Assembly: GCF_964355755.1 (NCBI RefSeq)
Contig: NC_092673.1
Coordinates: 34,903,648-34,967,647 of the forward strand
From: Antedon mediterranea
Lineage: Eukaryota > Animalia > Echinodermata
DNA: 64,000 bases
Reading direction: 5' to 3'
Part shown: in pieces, positions 26,401 through 40,273 of the stretch
Position numbering within the stretch: position 1 is the first letter of the stretch
Layout of the letters: every line of letters begins with the position of its first letter
Notes under the pieces: model-generated
Told to the model about the DNA's origin: nothing
What the model saw: only the letters and a program-made list of their open reading frames with translations
Database searches by the model: none
Made by a program: the position numbers and the translations under genes

Positions 26401-27813
26401 AAAGACTTATTATTAAGTCTTTGGGAGTGGAGTTGTAATTTGTCATGAGAAAAAAACCCTGACATATGACAGGGCTTTAACCCAGGACCTAATATTCTAA
26501 ACGGTCCGTAATATGCACCCCCTATAATAGATAGTTATTAACTATTATTATAGGGGTATAATCTGTCACGGGGGTACCTAATATTCTAGACAGTCGACCG
26601 TAATAATTGATAGATAGTAGTAAAAATAGTAAGATAGTAAAATAGATAGTTATTAAACTGTTGTAGGGTGTTCAATCTGTCACGGGGGTTACCTTTTCTA
26701 TACAGTCCGTGATATATTGTATCCCTTGGTGTATATAGATACTGGAAGGGTATAATCTGTTATACTCTCAGCATTGGATTTTGTATCCATTTGCAAAAAC
26801 ATGACAATTGATTTCATGGGGTTCACCTATTCTAGCCCGAAAAATTATTATTATATTACAAGGGTGTTGGTGTTACGGATGGGTCTCTAAATAGCTGTGT
26901 ATCCCCAATTATTATTTCTTTATACACGTATGTAGGCCTATGTGATGCCTTTAATGTTTTTGGGCCTCTTCAATTGGCGTACGTCCGTTTTCATTTGTAA
27001 AAATAATAATAAACAATTAAACATAATGTCACATGGGCCTAAAAAAAATATTGATTAAACAAATAATTATAATTATATTATAGATAAAATTCGGAGAGCG
27101 CTATAGGGTGCAAGATAATAATAATAACAATATTTAATAATAATAATGAATAATCATAGGCTTATAATGATATATGAGTATGAGTTTATGAGTAGCCCTT
27201 CATCAATGCATGTGAGAGTAGGCCTACTTAGACAAAACTGTCGGGATACCTAAAATTTTAACTAAGCTGAAATATTCTGTATCCCCCAAAACATGCGTAA
27301 AATTCGTAGGAGCATGCAACGTATTATTGTTGTAATTCAATAGGGGGTTTACTCTGTTTACGGGATACTAAAATTGTAGAACAGTGTAACTGTACCACTA
27401 CTAGAGAGATTTTAAAATCTTGGTCGTTATTACTTACTCTTTCATTATGGCTCTGTTATAAATGTAAAAATAGCGCCCTCTGTTGCCAATATTTTCTAAT
27501 TCGTCAATGTTTTAAAAAATCACAATAGACAATTGTAAAAGGTCATTTATTAATTAAAAAGAACAAAAAACTACACACAGTATATCAAATACCAGTATAG
27601 GTAATAACAATACGAGTAATTGACGGTCTACCACACTGTAGATACAATAATTACCCACTGTAAAATGGAATCGCCGGCTTATTGTACTAGTTACAGTAAT
27701 TACCCACTGTAAAATGGAATCGTCGGGCAATTTCACAAGGTACCGGTTGGCGGACACAAACTCCCTCTAGTAGACATACCGCATGGCGGACAGTCTGCAG
27801 CAACATGCAATTG
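23491..27813. mobile_element. 4.3-kb non-autonomous DNA element with 8-bp TSD and subterminal inverted repeats
   Basis: TSD aagtttgt at 23483-23490 and 27814-27821; inverted tgctgcagactgtcYgccatgcggtatgtct starting 11 nt inside each end; no transposase ORF. Confidence 0.75.
24940..25204 (+). mobile_element. L2-like LINE 3' remnant
   Basis: Reads ...MWNELPSVIRE...FKKALKTHLF*, then aagcgctatataaat and a (TAA)n tail. Confidence 0.65.
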
Positions 27814-28656
27814 AAGTTTGTAGTCAGTTCAGATTCCGTAATTTAATTATACCGGTATTTTTTCATTTTATATTAACATATTTTTGTTTGTATACCATTG
27901 ATAATGTAAATTTTGTATATATATATATATAATGATATTGTCTATAGTTAAACAAGACAAGAAGAAATACCAACCGAGGAAATAGTGGACCTTTTGGGAC
28001 TTGGGGGGGGGGGGTGCGTCTGCACCCAACGCACCCCCCCCCCCTTGGATACGGGCCTGGTATTAATTGCCGATGTAAATTGATTTCTCTGTTTGTTGCT
28101 ATCCTCGAAATAATACTAGATAGCCTAGTAATTGATTTACAATACATAAAAAGAAAAATAATTAATAGTGATTTAGTTTGTTCGCTGAATTAAATAAAAA
28201 TTGTTCAAGAAGTAGAAAGCTGATTTTTGCATACATATGCCAACATCAGAAGTTAAGAAAATCGGAGGGTAGTGTTTTTAAGGTAAACAACGCCCTCTAT
28301 TATTATTTTTTATTTATTTATTTTTTTTTTTTAGTTTTTTTTATTTACTATGTATAAGTATTTCTTTTTCTGTCTGACATTTTGTAAGTAGGCCCTAATG
28401 TGTATTTACTACTGACCTATTGCATCGATTTATTGATTTGCTCGTTATACAATTGTTTTTAAGTATCTACTCAAGTGTGCAATTACTACTGAACTGTACA
28501 TTTGTTTTTGTTTTGTTTTTTGTTTTTCCAATGTAAGTTTTATCATCATTTACCTTTTATATGTTGTTGTTTATATTTGTTTGGACGCACCACCGAAAGG
28601 TGTGTGCCACTGATTCGAAAGTGAGTACCAATAAATACTGAATACTGAATCTATTA

Positions 28657-29606
28657 GGTCGTGTTTATACAACACCCTAAATTTGAACACGGCTTTAATT
28701 TTTAGCGTGTTGTTCGGACCGAGGTCAACCCACCTTAACGTTTGCTGTTATACTAGAAATCACGATACCGTGTTATACCGGAAGTTTCATCAACACGCAG
28801 TGCATGCTAGGATAAAAGGTCAAATCGTTGATCGCCTGAATTGGCTGGGTTGTCAACAATCACCGTCGCCTCCGCGCTGTCCGATGTATTCGCGCGGTTT
28901 TTACCATTTTCATTATTGTATTCGTTTACGTTTGCATTGTTGTTTATTTTGTTCTCGGTTCATTTAAATTAATAAAAGTTATTTTAAGGGTTTCATTGTT
29001 TCATCTATACACTATGGAAGAAGATGCCATTTTTGCGATGTTATTTTTTATTCTGTTTGGAGTGGGAAACGATAGAGGCCTACTACCACTACGAGTTGGC
29101 CCCACTAGGCTAGCTTGGCGTAAAGCCTGGTTCCCACTAGAACGTAACACAAGGACGTAAACGCAACGCAAGCGTTTTAACCAATGACAAGAGAAGTTAT
29201 AGACAGTTAGCAATCACAAGCGAATAAAGCATCGATTGTGATTGGTCAATTCACTTGCGTTGCGTTACGTCCTTGTGTTGCGTTGCTAGTGCGTGGGAAC
29301 CACGCTTAAGACGTGGTAGGAGGATGATTGCTGGCAGCGAGGCAGCAATAAATGGGCCCAATCTTGTTAGCAACGTCGCATGACATGATTGATATTACGA
29401 CCTGTTTTAACGAGAGGTCAAAATATACCCTGAGGACACTTCCAACACGGTAACGGCGACCGGGAATCCACCAAATTTTAGGATTCAGCCAAGTAGCCTT
29501 TTTTGCAATTAAAATCTCATTACACGGAATCTCTTTGTTGTTATACAACACACTTCTCGTAGGCGTGTAGAATATGCGTGTAATAGCGTGTTGTATAAAC
29601 GCGCCC
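28657..29606. mobile_element. PIF/Harbinger-like non-autonomous element
   Basis: TIRs ggtcgtgtttatacaacac and gtgttgtataaacgcgccc, flanked by a TTA duplication. Confidence 0.65.
29124..29306. mobile_element. 183-bp palindromic MITE (PIF/Harbinger-like) nested in the previous element
   Basis: agcctggttcccac...gtgggaaccacgct, long fold-back arms, TAA on both sides. Confidence 0.8.
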
Positions 29607-29789
29607 TTAGAGAGGTAAAGAGTCAGTGCAGTGTCGTGTGACTTCACAAGCGATATTGCGTGATGGCTATGTGAGGGGAATCCCCTTTCCGTTCAGAAAA
29701 AAATTTAAAAATTATGGCCGCAATGGTCGTACAATAACTTAAATATCGTAAATGTGCGTGTGTGTAAGCCTTTTTGTTATTTTTAATGT

Positions 29790-32700
29790 AGAAAACAACA
29801 CATATACATCAACCATTACATTGATGACGATGAATTTAAATTTGCTTTATTCAGTCTTAATAATACCCTTGAATATAATAGAATGTTAAATCTGAAATTT
29901 AATCCATTTGTCTTTAATGATGTGATAAATAACTCTAATAATTTAATTGATTATGACATACCACATTCATGTTCTTATACCTTTGATCATAACATCTCAG
30001 CTACATGTGAAAAGGACTTTTCCATCTTACATATCAATCCACGAAGTTTCAATAAAAACGTTGATCTGATTAGCACGTTCCTCACTAGTTTAAGGCATAC
30101 CTTTTCGATTCTAGCTTTATCAGAAACCTGGTTTAAAGAAGATGGTTCCAATTTAATCCACATACTGTAGATAACTATAACTTGGTTAATACACCACGAA
30201 GTGGTGGTGTTGCTATCTATGTTCATAATACAATCTCATTTCGAATCCGGAATGATTTAAAATTAATTGACAAACCGTCTGAGCACTTTGATCATTCTGA
30301 ATCTATCTTTATCGAAATAACAGTTCCCGGTAGGAAAAACATTGTCGTTGGCAATATCTATCGTGCTCATCGTACCAATATTGAAACATTTTTTTATGAT
30401 CTTACAAATTGTCTCACAAAAATTAATACTGAAGAAAAACAATGTTATATATCCGGTGATTTTAATCTTGACCTTCTACATTCTAATGACAATCACATTA
30501 TTAATGAGTTCCTCTCTATTTTTTATAACCATAATATGTTTCCTCTTATCGATAGACCCACCAGAATTACCCCTTCAACAGCTTCCTTAATTGATAACAT
30601 TTTCACTAACGTTTTTACTCATTATATAAAATTGGGTGTTGTTATTGCCGATGTTTCTGATCATTATCCTGTTTACCAAATCACTAAATCAACTCCAATT
30701 AGCAATGCAAATACCTCGAATAGAATTCAACACTTTTTAGAAAATTTAAGCTTGGTTGATTGGAGTTGTATTACTGATCTTGATTCTTCTGACCATGCAT
30801 ATAATGTTTTCATCCATAAATTCACAGAGGTCTACAATGTACATTTTCCCATCTCTAAACATTCCAACAACAATTCCCGGCGTTGTTGTATTCCTCAAAA
30901 ACCTTGGATTACTTCGGCGATCCTAAAATCAATAACTCGAAAAGATAAATTATACAAAATGTATGCAAGTAACCCTACTGAATCCAACAAAACGTCTTAT
31001 GTTAATTATCGTAATAAACTTACTTCTTTAATCAGGATTTCTAAACAGCAGTATTATGCTGAAAAGCTTGAGGAAACAAAATTTAATTCAAAACAGACTT
31101 GGAATGTTCTCAATAACATTATGGGTAGACAAAACAATAAACACATATCATCATTTTTTTAAATAAATGATATACATATATCTGATTTTCAAATTATTGC
31201 TGATAACTTTAATAAATACTTTGTCAACATTGGTCCTGAATACCTACATAAAATTCCTCAATCTGATATTACTTTTAATTATTTTATAAATAACATAAAA
31301 TCACCCGTTAGCTCTCTGTTTTTTTTACCAACTGATAAAGATGAAGTACTCACAATATTCAGAAATCTGAAATCTGGTGCTAGCAGCGGTTTCGATGACA
31401 TTAAACCAGATATTATTAAATCTGTTGGGGAATTAATAGCATCTCCACTTGTTCATATTTTTAATTTATCACTAGCTACCGGTATTGTCCCGGAGAAGCT
31501 GAAAATTGCCAAGATAATTCCCGTCTTTAAACATGGTGAGACTGATAAATTTAGCAATTATAGGCCCATCTCGGTACTGCCCGTTTTCTCCAAAGTTTTA
31601 GAACGCATAATACATAAAAGACTCTATAATTATTTTTCTCGATTTAATTTATTGCAAGAGAACCAATTTGGTTTCCGCCCAAATATGTCTACTGAAATGG
31701 CTGTTCTACAAGCATATGATAAAATAATCTCTGAATTAGATAAGAAAAAGCATGTTCTTGGGATATTTCTGGACCTTTCAAAGGCCTTTGACATCGTCAA
31801 TCACGACACTCTCCTGTCTAAACTACAGCATTATGGTATACGTGGTGTTGCCTTTGATTGGTTCAGAAGTTACCTGACGGATAGAAAGCAATATATCTCT
31901 TTTAATTATCATAGTTCTTCTTCTTTAAACATTTGTTGTGGTGTTCCACAGGGCTCAATTTTAGGCCCGCTACTCTTTATTATTTACATTAATGATTTAG
32001 CAAACATCTGTAAACATTCCAATCTTATTTTATATGCAGATGACACTAACCTTTTAATTTCAGATAATGTTTTAAACCGTCTAGTTGATAATGTTAATTC
32101 CGATCTCTCGACTATCTCGAGTTGGTTTAAAGCAAATAAGTTATCGCTTAATGCTAATAAAACTAATTATATGATTTTTAAGAACAGATATAGTAACCGT
32201 GTTTACAATGACCTTAACATTTTCATTGATAATAATAACATCTCTCGTGTAACTAGTTGTAAATTTCTTGGTGTAATAATGGACGAATGCTTAACCTGGA
32301 ATCAACATACAATCCATATTGCAAACTTAGTTTCAAAATATTCTGGTATTCTTTTTAGGCTAAAACCAATTTTACATGTCAATGTTCTATCATCCTTATA
32401 CAAGACTCTAGTCCTTCCTCATATTCAATACTGCAGCTTGATTTGGGCTGACCACAATAACTGCGTTTATGCACAAATTCTCAATTCCTTGAGCATTCAC
32501 CACCATTTGCTAGTCTTAACAACTTAACTGTGTATGATATTCATAAGTTATCAAAAGGTGTTTTCATGTACAAATTTAAGAATAATTTATTACCAGCTAA
32601 CTTTTCTAATTATTTTGTTAAAGTAAACTCAGTTCATAATTATGGCATCAGGTCCTTTGATACTTATCGTCCTTATAATTTTGTTACCGATATGGGTAGA

Positions 32701-35700
32701 AACACTATCAGAGGACATGGTCCAATTTTATGGAACAATATTGATGCTTCTATTCGCATTTCATAATAAATAATAATAAATAACATTTATAAAGCGCAAG
32801 AGACAAAGGTTTCAAAGCGCTGTGTTTTCCAAGATCAGTGCAAGTAGTAGCGTGCGATTATGCTTCTCTGAAGAGATGAGTTTTGAGTTTAGTTTTAAAT
32901 GTGAAAACAGATTTTGATGAGCGTATTTCGAGTGGTAGAGTGTTCCAGAGTTTTGGGGCTGCGACAGCGAAAGCACGATCACCGTAAAACCGAGTTCTGG
33001 AACGGGGTCCAGGTTTTAGAAGAAGTCTGCTGGATGAACGAAGCGAAGAGTTGGTTGACGGAGTAATGATGTCACATATGTAGGCTGGAGCACATCCGTT
33101 GATGGCCTTATATGTCAGCAACAGGATTTTAAAACGAATGCGCTGATCAACAGGCAACCAGTGTAAGTCACGTAAAACGGGAGAAATATGTTCATGTCGT
33201 TTAGTGCCAGTGATAAGTCTTGCGGCGGAATTTTGGATTCGTTGAAGAGGAGACAGATAAGAAGTTGGTAGGCCGTACAGAAGCGAGTTATTACAGTCCA
33301 GACGAGATGAAACAAAAGCATGAACAAGACGTTCAGTTGATGTTTTGTCAAGGTACTTACGAATCTGGCCGATCTGGTAAATTCCAAAGGAAGCACCACG
33401 GCAAACATTACGAATGTGTTCTTTTAAACCGAGGCTGTTGTCTAGTTGGACGCCTAGATTTCTGGCTGAGCTGGAGGTAGAGACACTAGTATCTCCGATA
33501 TGGACCAAAGGAAATGATGATGCCTCACGGAACTTTGAATGAAAATGGATCATTTCAGTCTTGGAGTCGTTGAGCATGAGTTTATTTTGAATGGCCCATG
33601 AGCGAACATCTGCAATGCATGATTCAAGGCTGTTAACAGATTCAGAGTGATGTGTAGGTTTCATGATTAAATATAGTTGAGTGTCATCTGCATAGATCAT
33701 ATGACGAACTTCTGGGTGGGAATCAATGATGTTGCTGAGTGGTCCAGTGTATAAGATGAAATCGAGTGGACCTTTTACGGATCCCTGTGGTACACCCCAG
33801 GGTAGAGCGAACTCATCAGACATCGAATCACCCACAATGATTGCTTGTCTACGATTCTCAAAATATGAAAAAAAACCATTTCAATGCGGTTCCGCTTATG
33901 CCGTATCTTTTATGAAGACGTTGAAATAATAAATCATGATTGATAGTGTCAAATGCTGCGGAGTAGTCGAGTAGAATAAGTACCGCTTCATTACCTTTGT
34001 CTTTGACAGTTATTAGTGGAGTGTTTATGGAGTTAAGTTTCTTGCAAATTTTCAGAATCTTTTCATTAAAGAAACAGCCAAACTGGTTTGCGAGATCCAT
34101 TGAAGATGTGTGTTTTGGCAGAACAGGAGAAGAATCGACCGAGTACAGTTTACTTATGATGCGGAAAAGGTTCTTGTCATCCGCATTAGCGATTTCATTG
34201 CGATGATAATTGCATTTTGCTAGATCTAGCATATCTTTATATGCTTTGCATTCCAACTTGTACCTCTGTTTGTCGATATCCAAACCAGATTTCAACATTC
34301 TGCGTTCTGATCTCCGTTTGACGCACTTCGCTTCACGGAGTTCATTCGTGTACCATGGTGCCCGTGGTCTAATGGTGACCAGTTTAGTTGTTAACGGAGC
34401 ATGTTGGTCAAGGATGTACTGCAATACATTATTGTATTGGTCAGCGAGATCGGAGACATTATCTTCCGGTGCGCAGACGAGCGGGGAATTCATTATATCT
34501 TCCACAAAACAATTTAGATCAATGTTACGAAGTTTGCGGTAAGAGATTGTCTGCGTTGGTTGTTTAGGATGTGATAAATCCACAAAGCTGATGACAGCCA
34601 TATGGTCGGATGGTAGTCCTTGTTTGACAGTGGTTTGTTTTATTATGTTGTCGTTTTTTCGAGAGATTAGAAGGTCCAGTGTGTGCCCGCTAACGTGAGT
34701 GGGGCCTTGGACGTGTTGATGAAGACAACTCGTGTAAAGCAGTTCATCAAATCGCTTGGTGTTGTTGTCCAAGAGGTCATCTGTGTGAATATTGAAATCA
34801 CCAACTATCAGAAGGTTTTTGGTGCAAGAGACTGATTCAAGAAGTGATGAGAATTCAGTGATGAACAAGTCAAAGGTAAGTTTGTTTTTGGTCGATGGTG
34901 GTGGTCTGTAAATTGAAATCAAGTTAATTACAGATGAATTGGAAGTGATCTTGATATCCATATGTTCGAAAGACCGGAAACTTGTTGAAACATTTGGTGT
35001 TATTTGGAGTCCACGGTGCGAAATGATGCATATTCCACCTCCGCGTCCACCTGTAAGGCGTGGCTCATGTGACACCACGAAATTTGGGAGGGTGTTACTC
35101 ACGTCCGCAATAAAGTGGTTGTCACTTGCATCACCTTTCAACCAACTTTCGGTAATTACTAAAATGTCTAATTCAACATCCAAAATAAAATCACAAACGT
35201 GAACAGTTTTATTTCTTATAGAACGCGCATTCCACAGTCCAAAACAGATGGAACTCGAACTACGAGATTGTTCAGTATCCACGGAAACAGGTCTGCGAGG
35301 TTGAGAGATGTGTTCAGTGGCGGCAGAGATAAGCTTGCTTCGTCGTCGACCAGCCTTCTTTCCTCTATGTGTTTTTCGAGTTGAGAATGCTCGGCATGTG
35401 GTAAAGGCATTGATATTCAAACGATTTATAGTGTCAATTTCTGATGGAGTCAACGATGACTTTAAGTTTCCTGATAATCTGAGAAGTTGATCACGATCGT
35501 AGTAAATCATAGACGCAATAGATGAACTGACAGGTTGAATTAAAGTCAATGAACACCCGTTATGATAAGACGATTCGGTTCTGTGAAGTAAGCCGACTAC
35601 TACAATCCTAGGCCTACCGTAGTTGACAAATCCGGCAAAGAATGTTGAATGAACCGTGGATACGGCTGACCGCGAAGGCTGACTGCACAGGAATGTGAGT

Positions 35701-36257
35701 AGACAGGCAAACGAAACTGGCCTAGGAAAACGGAACATTAGTTTCGCTAGTAGACCAACGATGTTATCTTCACAAATACATACAACGGTCAGTAATAACC
35801 AGGAAAAGTTCGATGTGGCATTAAACACACAGATTTCAGTATACAGAAACTGTAATTTTACAGAAACTTGGAGAACAGATCAGACTGGCCGCTTGTAAGG
35901 CGCACACGTCTTTATAGGCTATGATCACTGCTGGTCATCATCTGTCAAAGTATTTAAAAAGTTGTATAAAAATAATTTGCTCTTAACTTATCAATGAGTG
36001 TTACAAATATGTTTACATGTACATTGTTCTTTTGCTTTTTTGGTTTTATCGCACTATCTTTGAGTTCAGATGCCAACATGTTTAGCTAGTATTGTCTCGT
36101 CCTGTGCTTCAATTATGTTTGTATCATGTATTAATTATTTTGTTAAGGTGGCCAAATACTGTACGAGCTTTGCTCTTTTTTGGTCATCCTTCCATTTTTG
36201 CATATATTCATTACACTTGTTTATATTGGAAAATAAAAACTGAAACTGAAACTGAAA
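29790..36257 (+). mobile_element. Degenerate CR1/L2-clade LINE (APE + RT), interrupted at ~32765-35934
   Basis: ALSETW, GDFN, SDH (APE); DLSKAFD, GVPQGSILGP, YADD (RT); stops and frameshifts near 30170 and 31160; C-terminus resumes at 35935 (SSSVKVFKKLYKNNLL); aataaa and (CTGAAA)n tail. Confidence 0.9.
32765..35934 (-). mobile_element. L2-like LINE (APE + RT, internal RT deletion, frameshift) nested in the opposite orientation
   Basis: WNARS, ITESWL, GDFNIH, SDH; DYSAAFD, GVPQGS, YADD; ends FKTKLKTHLF; (TTA)n tail; short tcat duplication at 32761 and 35935. Confidence 0.9.
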
Positions 36258-37729
36258 TTCAGTTATCTTTGTAATGTGGGAGAAAATGTGGAAAACCTGG
36301 AGCAAAATGTTAGGCCGGGAGACAAATCTAAAATATGGGAGTCTCCCATGTTGGCATGTATGTTTTTGTTATTATTAAAACAAATTATAGTATAAATAAT
36401 GAATACACTGTTACTGGAATGTTTCTTCATATATGATGCAGTATTTGGAGTAATAATGTATTTAATGTACTGTAGGCTACTTTAATATTATTGTTTAAAA
36501 CATTTTTGCAATGAAAAGTTTACACTAGGAGGTATATACTGCCCTCATATCAAAGTAAGCATGAACTTTTGTGGCACTTATTACAAAAATAACATCCAAA
36601 GGTTGTTTATGATATTTAAATAAATAGTCAATTTTGTTGAGGGCAGCAGCTATGTAAACTGTAGACCAATTCATAAACTGTGTTTTTGTAACTTTTGATG
36701 GCAGAATTCATTATTTGATTTTGATTGTTCTAGGTAAAGTATGATATTAAAATCTACAGAAAAATTATGCAGAAAGTTAACGGTGTATTGTAGTTAATTT
36801 TTGTAAAACCCAGAATGACTATTTATAAAATATGAAAGTAGGTATACATTAAATGTGTGCATTCAGCTTTGAAACAGGAATTGAAAGAAGTAAAGAAATA
36901 TAAAATAAAAGAAATTGTGCATTGACGTCAATGCTATTCAAACAAGTAAATCCCTATTTGTGATAATTCACTGATACAGATTGAATGTTAACAATCAACA
37001 AGTTGGTTTAAATGTTTTATCTTTTGATTGGTAATATTCTACACTGTAGTAGATCTAATACTAAATACTGTACACAATTTAAAATATCTATTTGTTTATT
37101 ATGGAAAGGTATTGGTAATCGTCTTGATTATTGCAGTCGTGCATGGGACCCTGATTGTAATAATTCATATACTGCGTTCAGCAAATTTTTTATTTTGTGG
37201 CCTAAAATCTAGTACCAGGATGCCACCCAGCTGGACCAATGAAACTAATACTAAAAGAGCTAACAAACTAACTAAAACCAGTGCAATTCTATTTTACTAT
37301 AACTAATAATTTTGTTTTCTTACAAAAATTCTTTCAATTATTTGATTAACATATTTTGCCTTCTTTTTCTACTCATCATAGTCATTGCACCTATATTTAT
37401 TTCATTAAAAGACCTACTGTAAGAAGTAGGGTTTTGTCAAGTAAAGAATATTCTCTACTCCTGGTTTTGTTTAGCAATTAACAATAAAAATGTCTCTCTT
37501 ATTCCAGACACTAGATATTATATAAGGTATTAAAAGTATCAAAGTAACTCAATTCAATTTAAAAGTAACCACAATCAACCTGTTTTCAAAATGTACAGTA
37601 TTACCGACTGATGGATAGAATTCCCTGTTCTTTATATCTACCTATATCATTTTTATATATTGAAATTTACTTTTATTGAAAGAACCAAATAGCAGGGTTT
37701 TGTTAACAGCAGGTTGCCTTAATTTGATT

Positions 37730-38040
37730 GATTGAAATATATATTTATACTGGGTAACCTCTTCAGTCAATGACTGGTCTCCCAGAGGGCCCAGTTGGTG
37801 ATCAGTGGCTGTGATGTACTAATACACCGGGGTAACCCCCTACTCGTCTCGAAAGATGTACTAGGTTCTTTAAAGTGCACACGAGCCAGATGTGTACACT
37901 GGACCTACGGTTTATAGTCCTTATCCGAGAAGACTCGTTCTACCACCAGAACCATGGAGTGAGTGAGCCTCGAACCCCTGCCGTTGTTATGGCTAGGTAA
38001 TTACGGTTCCACTGTCTTAACCGCTCGGCCACTCACTCAT
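37730..38040 (-). mobile_element. tRNA-derived SINE
   Basis: Minus strand has A box TGGCCGAGCGG, B box GGTTCGAGGCT and core cttctcggataaggactataaaccgtaggtcc shared with 52800-53152. Confidence 0.85.
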
Positions 38041-38764
38041 TAAGGAATAAGGTATTAAAGAGAATGTACAAACACAATCCAATTCAAAATTATCTGTTTT
38101 CACAATGTATTATTGTACCACCAACTTTAATGGAATATTAGAATAAACGGTGAAGGAGTGTTATTATCACACTTCAGTAAACTATTATGAATACTCTGAT
38201 TGCTAAAAAGGTTTACAATTGAAATTCCCCTGAGTGCATGTATTTTATATAGCAGGGTTTACATTGTACTACAAATTACATATAGAAGCGATATGATTAT
38301 TCCATTTACGGTCCAAACTCCTGTGTGGCAGGATGGATTTAAACTGAAATAAAACTTTATTTGTTCAGAAATGAAAAATAAATTTCTTAGGTGGATTAAA
38401 GTTGTGACCCACATCTCCTCCCCCAAAATTAAATGCAAAAGGCTTTAGGACACTACACTACATTTTGCATAAGGCACTGGGCACCCAAAAACAGACAAGG
38501 AATGACCTGGTTTAATGTTTTTAAAGTAATACAGGTATGCATTATTTTTACAAAACATCAACAATTGTAGGGATCGTGTCTATAATAAGTGATTTGAAAA
38601 ATTAACTAAAAATTACCTATTTCACAATAAAAATTGTACAATTAAATATTTATTAACCATTAGTATTATGTAGGCTAATCTTGCATGCTTTCATTCTTGA
38701 TACATTAAAATATAGAAATTATTCAGTTGAAATGGATGAAGCATAATAGGTAGTGATCAAGTTG

Positions 38765-39016
38765 TTTTAATCTGTTATGTACCATAGAAGGGATATCTGG
38801 TATATTCCTAGCACTTTTTAATCTGTTATGTATCACAGAAGGGATATCTGGTATATTCCTAGCACTTTTTAATCTGTTATGTATCACAGAAGGGATATCT
38901 GGTATATTCATAGCACTTTTTAATCTGTTATGTATCGCAGAAGGGATATCTGGTATATTCATAGCACTTTTTAATCTGTTATGTATCACAGAAGGGATAT
39001 CTGGTATATTCATAGC
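38765..39016. repeat. 51-bp tandem repeat, 5 copies
   Basis: ttttaatctgttatgtatcacagaagggatatctggtatattcatagcact. Confidence 0.9.
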
Positions 39017-39224
39017 AATTGATCAATGAATAAAAAGAAATTAACATATGATAAATTTACTAATTTTGTTTTAAATGATTTAAAAAATTAATCTTATTTA
39101 CTAATCCTACTAAATCTTATAATTATAATGTAACTCTAAAAAACAATGTAAAACAGGGTATAATTTATTTTATGTACTGTAGGCTAATACTTTAATTTTT
39201 GCAATGAAAAGTTTACAGGAGGTA

Positions 39225-40103
39225 TTCAATTCAATTCAATTTCTTTTTATTTCGGAAATATCATCCATATTAATAAACTCATAAACAGAAAACGAAAAAT
39301 CTAAACTTAAGTACAGTATATAGAATGCTTCTCCATCTACAATACATTTTGGAGTTATGGAGCATATGTTTGCAAACACAAGCAACAAGGATGTTACCAC
39401 TATTCAACATACGTTGCATGAAACCATAGTTGGATTTTCGCATGTACTCATTAAAGGAAGGGACACCATGTTCAATAAACATTGCACTGGCACTACTACT
39501 TCTAGAGACATTAAGTATACGGCGCAGAGCATTATTGTAGCATACATTAAGAGATCTAATATTCTTCATACGATAGTTACACCAAAGGGCTGCACAATAC
39601 ATATTAAATTTTAATACAGTAAGATCTAAAGAGACAACATTTAACATTGGTAGAGCATTTCATAAATTTACGATTGAGTGAGTTGCTTCTAATACACAAA
39701 GACCTGTACTGACTTTGAATGTCGGCCTCATCACTGCAATCACACATAAGAATATGACCAAGATAGGTACCTTTCTCAACATAAGCAAGTTTTGTACCAA
39801 AAAGTTTAGTAATAGAATTACCTTCAAGTTTGCAAGTACGAGGACAGAAACGCATACAAAAAGATTTCTTATCATTAAATAAAACATCATTCTCTTGCGA
39901 AAACTCTTCACAAACATGTACCAATAGCTGGAGACCAGCAACTGAAGGGGCAAGTAGAACAAGATCATCCGCATAACTAAGATGATTCAAAATAATGTTT
40001 CTACATTGGCAACCCTGACACAAACCACTTATTCTACAATTTAGAGTACTAATATATATGTTATAAAGGAGAGGGGACATAACCCCACCCTGTCTAACTC
40101 CCT
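39225..40103 (-). mobile_element. 5'-truncated LINE (RT C-terminal half)
   Basis: GVRQGGVMSPLLYNIY, LSYADDLVLL; (TTGAA)n tail; interrupts ggaggta|tacc, which is intact at ~46470. Confidence 0.88.
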
Positions 40104-40273
40104 GTATACCGCCCTCATATCAAAGTTTGTGGCACTTATTACAAAAATACCATTCAAAGGTTATTTATGATATTCAAATAAATAGTCAATTTTGTTGAGG
40201 GCTGCAGCTATAAAATGTCTTTTTGTAACTTTTGATGGCAGAATTCATTAGTTGATTTTGATTGTTCTAGGTA

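Larger units (their letters stand above)
23086..28059 (-). mobile_element. Non-autonomous CAGGCCCGTA-terminal element, split by a 4.3-kb insertion
   Basis: 23086-23490 plus 27814-28059 are the reverse complement of the element at 51014-51629/54206-54250. Confidence 0.8.

Noticed and set aside
29883-35828. RT next to repeats as a retron or diversity-generating retroelement acting on the LRR array
   Set aside because: All RTs are APE-linked, disrupted LINEs; no template/variable repeat pair with adenine-specific changes was seen.
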